From: Candidatus Cloacimonadales bacterium
GTDB lineage: Bacteria; Cloacimonadota; Cloacimonadia; Cloacimonadales; JAFGVF01
NCBI GenBank assembly: GCA_963667035.1
Contig: OY762964.1
Location: 320,001 to 384,000 of the forward strand
DNA: 64,000 nucleotides
Direction of reading: 5' to 3'
Both the position numbers and the translations under genes were made by a program. Positions 19,075-27,729 of the stretch are shown here, in pieces. Numbering within the stretch: position 1 is the first letter of the stretch; every line of letters starts with the position of its first letter. The notes beneath the pieces were generated by a model. The model made no database searches. It was not told the DNA's origin and saw nothing but the letters and a program-made list of their open reading frames with translations.

Positions 19075-20052
19075 TTATTCAGACTCTTCGAGAATTCTTC
19101 TGATATCTTCAAGTTCCTGTTGAGCCTTTTGTCTTCTTTCTCTAATTGCTCTTAACTCTTGAAGAAGATCGTCTGTTTCTCCTAACTGGTCTTGATTTGT
19201 AATAACTCTAGTTCCTCTGATAGCATCTTTGTTGCTACCTGCAATCCTTGGTTGCTTGGATTCTTTTACATAGTCGTTAAATGTATAAGAAAGAGCAAAA
19301 GTGAAATTCAGTTTATCATATGAATCATCACCTTTGAAATATTCATCTAACTCAGTAAATGCCATTCTAAGAGCAAAATCATTATAATTTAAATCTATTC
19401 CGGCATTAACCATGGATCCATCAACTTCACCGATTACACCAAACCACTTATTAGGGCGGAAAAGAACAGAAGCGAATAACCCGCTGAAATCTGATGATAA
19501 ATCACCGACTCCTTGATATTTTTGCTTTGAACCGATACCTAATGAAGCTACAGTCTCAATGTAACTAAATACAGGTAAACCACGAATTACGGTTGACTTG
19601 GTAGCAACAGCATAGAATGCGTTCTTCTCGAAATATCTTGAATAATAGCCGTACTTATCTACGTCTCTATTGGGTGCGTCACCAGAGTCTGCATCACGTC
19701 CAATAGGTGAGCCGATATTATCCATACCGAAAGATACTGCAGGAAACTTTACTGTTTCTTCAAAAACTTTAACCTTTGCATTAGCAAAGGCTAGTCCGTC
19801 ACAGTCATCTGTGTATACAACTCCTACTTCAATTCTGTCCCAAAGACCGCCTGAAATCGCACCTACAAGCTTACTTTCAAGTTTGCCGTTACCGTCGTCA
19901 CGTGTGTAAGTAGCAAAAGTTCCGGTAAATTCTGTGTGAGGCACTACATAGCCATTTGGTGTTCTAATAGCTGAGCCTAAAGATGTAAACGGTGCTGCTA
20001 TCAGTGAACAGATGAAAAGCATTACAAATACAATAAGGTAAATTTTCTTCAT
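19075..20052 (-). CDS. Probable outer-membrane beta-barrel protein (YjbH-like) with C-terminal coiled-coil tail
   Basis: Signal peptide; IRTPNGYV, RIEVGV, NAKVKVFEE...PAVSFG, amphipathic strands ending LNFTFALSYTF, then a ~65-aa tail; first gene of the operon with strong SD. Confidence 0.6.
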   Translation of the reverse strand: MKKIYLIVFVMLFICSLIAAPFTSLGSAIRTPNGYVVPHTEFTGTFATYTRDDGNGKLESKLVGAISGGLWDRIEVGVVYTDDCDGLAFANAKVKVFEETVKFPAVSFGMDNIGSPIGRDADSGDAPNRDVDKYGYYSRYFEKNAFYAVATKSTVIRGLPVFSYIETVASLGIGSKQKYQGVGDLSSDFSGLFASVLFRPNKWFGVIGEVDGSMVNAGIDLNYNDFALRMAFTELDEYFKGDDSYDKLNFTFALSYTFNDYVKESKQPRIAGSNKDAIRGTRVITNQDQLGETDDLLQELRAIRERRQKAQQELEDIRRILEESE

Positions 20053-20128
20053 CAATTCCCCCTCCTAGGGATTATTTTTTTTCCATATTTAAATCAATAA
20101 ATTAGACTTTATCAGTAATAAAATACAA

Positions 20129-20147
20129 TTGACAATTATTTAGTCAA
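20129..20147. promoter_or_regulatory. Overlapping divergent -35 boxes (TTGAC-N9-GTCAA palindrome) for yraN and the Agl/Glt-like operon
   Basis: TTGACA at 20129-20134 (+) and TTGACT at 20147-20142 (-). Confidence 0.5.
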
Positions 20148-20173
20148 GGAATTTCTATAATACTGAGGTTAGT

Positions 20174-20542
20174 ATGAAAAATGATTTAGGCACCCAAGGA
20201 GAAATAGTTTCTCTTAAACATCTATCCCGCAAAGGATACCAAATAATTTTCAAGAACTTCCATTCACGTTATGGGGAGATAGACTTGATTGCAAAGAAAG
20301 GAACGTTGTTGGCGTTTGTTGAAGTAAAAACTCGCACCAATACCCCTTTTTATCAAATACAAACGGCTATCTCCAGAGCTAAGCAAAATAAAATATCTTT
20401 AACAGTTATGGAATTCCTGAATTGCTATCCGCAATACGAAAACTCAGAAATTCGTCTAGATATGATACTTTGCAATTATATCTCAATGTCAAATGAATTC
20501 TCGGTTAAGCATATTGAGAATGCTTTTGATTTAACATTCTAA
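20174..20542 (+). CDS. yraN: YraN family (UPF0102) putative endonuclease
   Basis: G..GE...L...GY.I...N....GEIDLIA.....L.FVEVKTR, IRLDMI, HIENAF. Confidence 0.9.
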   Translation: MKNDLGTQGEIVSLKHLSRKGYQIIFKNFHSRYGEIDLIAKKGTLLAFVEVKTRTNTPFYQIQTAISRAKQNKISLTVMEFLNCYPQYENSEIRLDMILCNYISMSNEFSVKHIENAFDLTF

Positions 20543-20989
20543 CTGTCTTTGAAATTATTCCAATTTAGCTAAACCTCAAATTAATGAGAACTAAGACAAT
20601 ATAGTGTGATTCAAAATTTGAGGCAAATTATAGTCAATATTTTTTTCTTTTTTCCATTTTTCCATTTCAATAACATCCTGCTCCAATTTTGTTTCTTGGG
20701 ATAAAAGTAAATATCTGTAATTCATATTTTGGGCTTGTTTTCAAACTCTTAATTAGTAATATGGAATCCACCTAAAATTAGATTCTTAACATCTGGGCTA
20801 ACGTGGAATATCTTATGCTGAGTTTGCTACTCTTTGCAGAAATCTATACTAGAACTTCAAACTGAATGTGTTATATTCTGAAGCCGAATTAAGTTTATCT
20901 GTATGAACGAAATTAAAACTGATGCAATCTTTTAAGCTTGACATCCAAGTAGAGGGAGCGAGTTAAGTTAAAGTCAGAGGTTAGACATA

Positions 20990-21637
20990 ATGCTAAACAA
21001 TGATAAATATAAACTACCTGATATTGATTTGTTACAATCCGATATTGTCGGATTAAGCTTTCTTGTATGGCGACCGGATAACTACTATGCTGTTCTTGGA
21101 GCTTCAAATAACCCCGAGACAAGTTTACATCAAGATGCAATTTCCGAAGATGCAGTAATTGTTCAAAAAAGACCTAGTGGTGGAGAGTCGGTACTTCTTA
21201 CTCCAAACACTCTAGTTGTTTCATTTAACCTTCATACAAAACAAAAGGTTAACCCTAAAGCATTCTTTGCCTATGTCAATCTTACTATCATAGCAACGCT
21301 AGAGAATATCGGTTTTGGAGATCTCTCGGTAAAGGGAGTATCGGATATTTGCATAGGTGACAAGAAAATTTTAGGTTGTTCTATATATAAAAACACTTAT
21401 GGTATTTTGTATCAATCGGTGCTTAATGTCTGCGAAGATCCTGCTTTATTCAGTAAATATTTGAAACATCCTGAGAGAGAACCAGATTATAGAAAAGGAA
21501 GAAATCACGAAGAATTTGTAACTTCGCTTAAAACAGTTAATCCGAAGACGGATATAGAAACTATTGAAAATGAGATTCGCTCGGTAATAGATTTGCTAAT
21601 AAAAGATTTCAATATGGAGGATATAAATGCAATATAG
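20990..21637 (+). CDS. Lipoate-protein ligase / BPL-LPL catalytic-domain protein
   Basis: VLGASN, KRPSGGESV, DICIGDKKILGCS; short form without C-terminal domain. Confidence 0.75.
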   Translation: MLNNDKYKLPDIDLLQSDIVGLSFLVWRPDNYYAVLGASNNPETSLHQDAISEDAVIVQKRPSGGESVLLTPNTLVVSFNLHTKQKVNPKAFFAYVNLTIIATLENIGFGDLSVKGVSDICIGDKKILGCSIYKNTYGILYQSVLNVCEDPALFSKYLKHPEREPDYRKGRNHEEFVTSLKTVNPKTDIETIENEIRSVIDLLIKDFNMEDINAI

Positions 21638-22754
21638 GAAGATGCCAAAGTTAGATGATGAGCTATCGATATTAGGTTTAGGATGCATGAGATTACCGAT
21701 GACCGAAGAGAAGAAGATAGATGAAGAACAAGCATTTGCTATGATGAAGCAGTCAATTGACTCAGGTATCAACTATTTTGATACTGCTTGGCCTTATCAT
21801 CAAGGAGAAAGTGAACTTGTAGTCGGTAAGTTTTTAGCCCAAGGTTATCGAGACAAAGTATTGCTTGCTACCAAATTGCCTTCTTGGCTTATAAATACAA
21901 GAGAAGATATGGATGAGTATCTTAACAAACAACTTGAGAGATTGCAGACAGATCACATTGATTATTATCTTGTACATGCTTTGAATAACAATCTTTGGAA
22001 GAACCTTTTAAAGCATGGTATATTTGATTTTTTGGAAAAGGCTAAAGCAGATGGAAAGATAGTTAATATCGGATTCTCGTTTCATGATAAATATCCTGTA
22101 TTCAGTAAGATAATTAATGCCTATGACTGGGATTTCTGTCAGATACAATTGAATTTCTTTGATACAACTTATCAAGCAGGATTAAGAGGTATGAGATTAG
22201 CTGCTTCAAAAGGTATTGGAGTTATAGTAATGGAACCGTTAAGAGGAGGTAAACTTGTTAGCAATATTCCTCCTGAGATAGAGGATTTATGGAATAAGTC
22301 TTCTTATAAATCAAGTCCTGCAGAAAGAGCACTTCGTTGGGTATGGAACCAGCCTGAGGTGCAAATTATACTTAGTGGAATGAGCAATATGGAACAGTTG
22401 CAAGAGAATATAAAATCTGCAGATGTATGCCAAGAGGGTCAGTTGTCACCTAAAGAACTCAGATTATATCAGAAAGCTAGAAAGACTTATCTGGAGAGGA
22501 TGGCTGTCGGTTGTACTTCTTGTGCTTATTGTATGCCATGTCCTCATGGAGTTAACATACCTATGTGTCTAGGTTTATACAATAATGGATATATGTTTGG
22601 CGATAAAACTCAAGCAAAACGTGAATACTTAGGATTTGTTAGAGAAGAAAGCAGAGCGGATAAGTGTGTAAATTGCGGTATCTGTCTGGAGAAATGCCCT
22701 CAGCAAATTAATATTCCTAAGCAGTTAAGAGACGTTGTTAAGTACTTTGAATAG
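21627..22754 (+). CDS. Aldo/keto reductase with C-terminal 4Fe-4S dicluster
   Basis: LGLGCMRLP, INYFDTAWPYH, LATKLP, CTSCAYCMPCP and CVNCGICLEKCP. Confidence 0.9.
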   Translation: MQYRKMPKLDDELSILGLGCMRLPMTEEKKIDEEQAFAMMKQSIDSGINYFDTAWPYHQGESELVVGKFLAQGYRDKVLLATKLPSWLINTREDMDEYLNKQLERLQTDHIDYYLVHALNNNLWKNLLKHGIFDFLEKAKADGKIVNIGFSFHDKYPVFSKIINAYDWDFCQIQLNFFDTTYQAGLRGMRLAASKGIGVIVMEPLRGGKLVSNIPPEIEDLWNKSSYKSSPAERALRWVWNQPEVQIILSGMSNMEQLQENIKSADVCQEGQLSPKELRLYQKARKTYLERMAVGCTSCAYCMPCPHGVNIPMCLGLYNNGYMFGDKTQAKREYLGFVREESRADKCVNCGICLEKCPQQINIPKQLRDVVKYFE

Positions 22755-22790
22755 AGTATTGTAATAATTGATATAGCTTTTGATAGAATT

Positions 22791-22824
22791 ACACAAACCC
22801 GAATTTATTGATTCGGGTTTGTGT
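22791..22824 (+). terminator. Terminator-like hairpin after the aldo/keto reductase gene
   Basis: ACACAAACCCGAAT / ATTCGGGTTTGTGT perfect 14-bp stem. Confidence 0.7.
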
Positions 22825-22988
22825 GATTTATGAGTAGCCACTTTACTTAGATGTATCTTTACTAAGCAGGCAAGTAATCTTTGTTTAATCATGCTTAACG
22901 AAAAAATGATGCAGGAAGGCAAAGAAAAAGTTGTCATCATTAATGAAATCATAAAAGTAACAAAAAAACATAAACAATGAGGAACAAA

Positions 22989-24284
22989 ATGAAAAAACTT
23001 AGGGTACTAATCATTATCCTGATAATAGCAGGATTAGCTTTTGCCGGCTTCAAAATATTCGGCAAAAAAGATAAAGCTGATGGAGACAGTAGCTTTGAGT
23101 TCACAAATGTGAAGAAAGGAAATATTGAGAATATAGTTTCCTGCACAGGAACTATTGAACCGTTAGGTTCAGTAGATGTTGGTACCGAGCTATCGGGAAC
23201 AATAGAGAAAGTACTTGTAGATTTTAATGATGTTGTAAAAAAGAATCAGGTTCTAGCTATTCTTGATACTACTCAATTAGCAATTAATGTTAAGACTTCG
23301 AAAGCTGATTTATTAAGAGCTCAAGCACAGTTTGACTTGGCTAAAATGACTTATGAAAGCGATATGGAACTCTTTAAGAAAGGTTTTATCTCTGAAATAG
23401 ATTTACAATCATCAAAGACAAGCTTCCATTCTGCTCAAGCTTCTATGATTTCTTCCGAATCAAACTATGAGAAAAGCTATAACAATCTTCATAAATATGC
23501 TATTATACGCTCTCCAATAGACGGTACAATCATTAACAGAAATGTTGATCCCGGTCAGACAGTTGCTGCAAGCTATTCTACTCCAACGCTTTTTACTGTT
23601 GCTGAGAATCTGGATAATGTCAAGATTGAAGCTCTTGTGGATGAGAGTGATATAGGTCAGATTAGAGAAGGAATGGAAGTAGTGTTTACTGTAGAAAGCT
23701 ATCCTGATGAAGAATTCAAAGGTAAAGCTGAACAGATTAGATTACAGCCTCAGACTGTTTCTAATGTAGTAAACTATACAGTTATTGTTGAAGCTCAGAA
23801 CAAGAATGGCATTCTTTTACCCGGTATGACAGCAACTGTAGAATTCATCATTGAACAGAAGCTTGATGTTCTTATGGTTCAAACTTCTGCAATTAAATTC
23901 CAACCTGACCGTTTTCTTATGGCTGATATTATGCAAAGACAACAACAGAGCATGAGCTCAGAACAAAAAACTGAAATGGAGAAGAGACGTGCAGCCTTTG
24001 CTAACATGAGTCAGTCAGAGAGACAAGCAGCAATGCAGAAATTACGTGAAGGCAATGGAAACGGTATGCAAGGACGTGGAAATATGAATGGTCAGAATAA
24101 GAACATGGCACGAGTCTGGTACATTGATGAATCTGGTAATCCCTCAGTATTAAGAGTATTTACAGGAGTTACTGATGGAGCAAATACAGAGATATACGGT
24201 GATAATGTTAAAGAAGGAATGCAGTTAATCTATAAACAAAACACTTCTTCAGTACCTAACCATATGAGAAGGAGACTATTTTAG
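22989..24284 (+). CDS. MacA-like periplasmic adaptor (membrane fusion protein)
   Basis: TM anchor; GTIEP...DVGTELSGTI, IRSPIDGTII, GQTVAASYSTPTLF, VDESDIGQI, LLPGMTA. Confidence 0.9.
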   Translation: MKKLRVLIIILIIAGLAFAGFKIFGKKDKADGDSSFEFTNVKKGNIENIVSCTGTIEPLGSVDVGTELSGTIEKVLVDFNDVVKKNQVLAILDTTQLAINVKTSKADLLRAQAQFDLAKMTYESDMELFKKGFISEIDLQSSKTSFHSAQASMISSESNYEKSYNNLHKYAIIRSPIDGTIINRNVDPGQTVAASYSTPTLFTVAENLDNVKIEALVDESDIGQIREGMEVVFTVESYPDEEFKGKAEQIRLQPQTVSNVVNYTVIVEAQNKNGILLPGMTATVEFIIEQKLDVLMVQTSAIKFQPDRFLMADIMQRQQQSMSSEQKTEMEKRRAAFANMSQSERQAAMQKLREGNGNGMQGRGNMNGQNKNMARVWYIDESGNPSVLRVFTGVTDGANTEIYGDNVKEGMQLIYKQNTSSVPNHMRRRLF

Positions 24285-24293
24285 GAAGCGTTT

Positions 24294-25028
24294 ATGGCAA
24301 ATAAGATAATAGAGATGTTTAATCTTAAAAAGAACTATAACATGGGAACACAAGTAGTTAAAGCTCTTCAAGGTGTCGATTTATCAATAGAAGAGGGAGA
24401 GTTTGTTGCCATAATGGGTTCTTCCGGTTCAGGAAAGTCAACTTTGATGAACATCGTAGGATGTTTAGATAAGATTACTGAAGGAACATATCTTCTTGAT
24501 GGTGTTGATGTGAAGGACTTGAATAAAAACCAGTATGCTGACATTAGAAATCAAAAGATAGGATTTGTATTCCAAGGATTTAACCTGCTTCCTAGGACAA
24601 CAGCTTTAGAGAACGTTGAACTTCCGCTTTTATACGATAGACAAGGTCGCATCACTAATCCGATTGAGAAAGCCAGGAATGCATTAAAGAAAGTGGGATT
24701 GGAAGAAAGAATGGACCATGAACCTAACCAGTTATCCGGTGGACAACAACAGAGAGTGGCAATAGCCCGAGCTCTTGTTACAGAACCTGCTCTTTTACTT
24801 GCGGACGAACCGACAGGAAACTTGGACACAAAAACATCTACTGAGGTTATGGCTCTTTTCCAAGAACTCAATGACCAAGGCATCACTATAGTATTAGTTA
24901 CTCACGAGTCTGATATTGCTCAGTATGCAAAGAGGAACATAATCTTAAGAGATGGCAAAATAATTGAAGACCATTTAGTGAAAGACAGATTAATCGCAAG
25001 TGAAGGAGTTCAAAATGAAGTGGTCTAA
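24294..25028 (+). CDS. ABC transporter ATP-binding protein (MacB/LolD-like)
   Basis: GSSGSGKST, LSGGQQQRVAIARAL, LLADEPTGNLD, VTHE. Confidence 0.95.
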   Translation: MANKIIEMFNLKKNYNMGTQVVKALQGVDLSIEEGEFVAIMGSSGSGKSTLMNIVGCLDKITEGTYLLDGVDVKDLNKNQYADIRNQKIGFVFQGFNLLPRTTALENVELPLLYDRQGRITNPIEKARNALKKVGLEERMDHEPNQLSGGQQQRVAIARALVTEPALLLADEPTGNLDTKTSTEVMALFQELNDQGITIVLVTHESDIAQYAKRNIILRDGKIIEDHLVKDRLIASEGVQNEVV

Positions 25029-26235
25029 TCTGCAAAAAGTAGCAATAAAGAGCTTATTAAAGAACAAAATGAGGAGTTTACTGACTTCTCTGGGTGTAAT
25101 TATCGGTGTAAGCTCGGTTATTGTAATGGTTGCAATAGGTGAAGGGTCTCAAAGACGAATTCAACAATCCTTTAGCTCGATGGGTACAAACATGTTAATG
25201 ATTTCTCCCAACTGGCATAGAACTCAAGGAGTAAGTCAGGGTGCTAGTGGATCAAGATACAGACTATCTTATGACGATATTGATTATATAAAGGAAAGTT
25301 GTCCTAACGTGGCAGCTGTATCCGCTATTATTCGTTCCAGTGGACAGTTAATAGGTGGAATAGGTAATTGGAGTAGTTCTGTAGAAGGTGTAGACCCGGG
25401 TTACTTCGAGATTCGTGATTGGGAACTTACTAGCGGTACTATATTCACTAATCGTGATGTTGAATCAAAAAAGAAAGTATGTATAATCGGACAAACTATA
25501 GCAAATGAATTATTCCCATACGAGGATCCGGTTGGAAAGAAACTTAGGATTAGAAACATTCCTTTTAAGATTATCGGTGTACTTGCAGAAAAAGGTGATA
25601 ACTCATGGGGACAGGATCAAGATGATGTTGTACTCGCTCCTTCCAAGACTGTTTTATATAGACTTAAAGGTCAACGGGATGTAGATAGAATATATGTTAG
25701 TGCCTTATCGGAAGATGCAATGGATGAAGCAGAAAGAGAAGTTGATGAAGCACTGAGAACAATGCATAAACTGTCTCCCGGAGAAGAAGCCGATTTTAGA
25801 ATAAGAAATCAGACTGAAATGCTTGAGATGGCTTCCGAAACAGGTAAAACCCTTACTATGCTTTTAGGCTCAATTGCCGGAGTTTCTCTTCTTGTGGGAG
25901 GAATCGGTATTATGAACATAATGCTTGTTTCTGTTACCGAAAGAACTCGTGAGATAGGTATCAGACTATCTCTTGGAGCCAGAAGTCAAGATGTCTTATT
26001 ACAATTCTTAACCGAAGCTATAGTACTTAGTTTAAGCGGGGGGATATTAGGAATTGCATTAGCCTTCGGCATATCGGCAATTGTGGAGCGAGCGTCCGAG
26101 CTTACTCCATACATTAACCCTTTAATAGCTTTGATGGCATTCGGATTCTCAGGAGCTGTCGGAATTTTCTTTGGATATTATCCCGCAAGAAAAGCTTCTA
26201 ATCTCAATCCGATTGATGCTTTAAGATATGAGTAA
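25015..26235 (+). CDS. ABC transporter permease (MacB/FtsX-like)
   Basis: RSLLTSLGVIIGV, GGIGIMNIMLVSVTERTREIGIR, YYPARKASNLNPIDALRYE; ATG 25015 with SD AAGGAG. Confidence 0.95.
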   Translation: MKWSNLQKVAIKSLLKNKMRSLLTSLGVIIGVSSVIVMVAIGEGSQRRIQQSFSSMGTNMLMISPNWHRTQGVSQGASGSRYRLSYDDIDYIKESCPNVAAVSAIIRSSGQLIGGIGNWSSSVEGVDPGYFEIRDWELTSGTIFTNRDVESKKKVCIIGQTIANELFPYEDPVGKKLRIRNIPFKIIGVLAEKGDNSWGQDQDDVVLAPSKTVLYRLKGQRDVDRIYVSALSEDAMDEAEREVDEALRTMHKLSPGEEADFRIRNQTEMLEMASETGKTLTMLLGSIAGVSLLVGGIGIMNIMLVSVTERTREIGIRLSLGARSQDVLLQFLTEAIVLSLSGGILGIALAFGISAIVERASELTPYINPLIALMAFGFSGAVGIFFGYYPARKASNLNPIDALRYE

Positions 26236-26333
26236 CCATAGAATGTATTGATATTATAAATGCGTGATTGATATAATTTGGGGTCCTTTTTATAGGACTC
26301 TTTTTTTATTTCATGAGAGCAATCTATTTTGCA

Positions 26334-26496
26334 TCCTTCAGCACGTCCACCAACCACAAATTTACTACAAGTATTTCTCTCATTTTTCTCCCGTTTCTAT
26401 CTCGTTGCGAGCAACGGGAGACCAACGGGAGACCAACGGGAGAGCAACGGGAGACTAACCCGAGAGAAACCTCCGGTTGGAGGACGACCGGAAGGA
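26334..26496 (+). repeat. ~160-bp dispersed element, copy 2 (4 x 11-bp units)
   Basis: TIRs TCCTTCAGCACGTCCACCAACC / GGTTGGAGGACGACCGGAAGGA (18/22 complementary); tandem units at 26411-26454. Confidence 0.9.
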
Positions 26497-26502
26497 GCTT
26501 GG

Positions 26503-26755
26503 TACAACGTCCTATATCGTCCAGAATAAAGTAGACACATATATAACTTAGAGAAACTAACGGTTTACAGAAAATGAAACAGAAAACAGCATTATGTTAT
26601 AATGAAGTGTTTAAACGCAAAGTAGTTAAAGAAATTGAAGAAGGAGTCCTAACTATCTCCCAAGCAAGAACTATTTACAACATAGGTGGCTCCTCTACTC
26701 TTCAATGCCGGATTGAAGAATACAGAATAAATGATCGCATAGGAAGGACGGTACA
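26503..26755 (+). mobile_element. IS3-family remnant, copy 2 (IRL and orfA HTH only)
   Basis: TACAACGTCC-TATATCGTCCAGAATAAAGTAGACAC (doubled IR tip); orfA from 26574 matches the other copies up to GGAAGGACGGTACA, then diverges. Confidence 0.85.
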
Positions 26756-26824
26756 TTACTCCTATAGGAGCATGAAATATCCATATCTCACACAAGGTTA
26801 TATGCTAATTTAATGATGAAGAAA

Positions 26825-27721
26825 CTAATTTTGAGTCATAATCTCATCACACAATTGTCGAGTAAAGAGGATAGCTCCTTCCTTGTTAAGATGAGAAGGA
26901 TCTCTATAGTACTCATTCTGGGAGGATAGTAGATTATCTTCACCAAGATTAATAAGAGTAATATCTTTAAGTTTTTTAAGATATTCTATAGACGGACTTG
27001 AGACATAGCTTTTTGAGAAGTCGGGAGAAATAACAATATAAATCTTACTTCCTTTCAAACCATTTATGAAGCTTTCGAAATAAGCTACTGTGTCTTGATT
27101 CAAATCTCTGGAATAATTAACAACTTGAGTTTCCTTATATTCAATAGGATATTTACCAATTCTTGGCTTCCAGCCTTTATCAGCTCTTCTACCATCCAAA
27201 TCTTTAATAATAAAAGATCGGAGTAGATAATAAAAAGATGAGTTATAAGCATAAAGTCTGGAGTTTAAAAGAAACTTTTCATGAGGAGAGATTCTATCAA
27301 TAACTTCATGAATCTCGGGATGAGATCTATAAAAAGGTCTTAGAAATCCTGCCTTTTCAAAAGATAAGCCTTGTTCAAGGAAATAGGGTTCGACATTGAC
27401 AATGATAATCTTAGGATTATATCTGTCGACAACGCCCCTTCCCATTGCATTCCAAAATGGGAGAATCTGTCCTCCACGTCCGGTAGTCCAACACGATAAC
27501 CCCAGTTTTTCCTCAATTACATGTGGAACATAATTAGTTTCAGCTCGGGAGCTTCCGAGGATAATCACATCTTCAGTTGATTCCTCAAGGCTATATCTCG
27601 CTTTGTAATATCTTCCGTTATCAGAATGAGAAACAACTTGATCCATACCTACCCCAATGAGAAAATCAAGTATAAAGAAAGCAATTAACAGGATAAATAT
27701 CTTAAGAAATAATCTCTTCAT
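26825..27721 (-). CDS. SGNH-like periplasmic acyl-transfer partner (AlgJ/DltD-like)
   Basis: TM anchor; IILGSSRA block I and YYRDPSHLN (DxxH) block V; directly downstream of the MBOAT gene. Confidence 0.7.
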   Translation of the reverse strand: MKRLFLKIFILLIAFFILDFLIGVGMDQVVSHSDNGRYYKARYSLEESTEDVIILGSSRAETNYVPHVIEEKLGLSCWTTGRGGQILPFWNAMGRGVVDRYNPKIIIVNVEPYFLEQGLSFEKAGFLRPFYRSHPEIHEVIDRISPHEKFLLNSRLYAYNSSFYYLLRSFIIKDLDGRRADKGWKPRIGKYPIEYKETQVVNYSRDLNQDTVAYFESFINGLKGSKIYIVISPDFSKSYVSSPSIEYLKKLKDITLINLGEDNLLSSQNEYYRDPSHLNKEGAILFTRQLCDEIMTQN

Positions 27722-27729
27722 GGACTCTC

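Noticed and set aside
20591..20725. 44-codon minus-strand ORF in the yraN-lplA gap
   Set aside because: No SD and no recognisable motif; expected by chance in AT-rich DNA.
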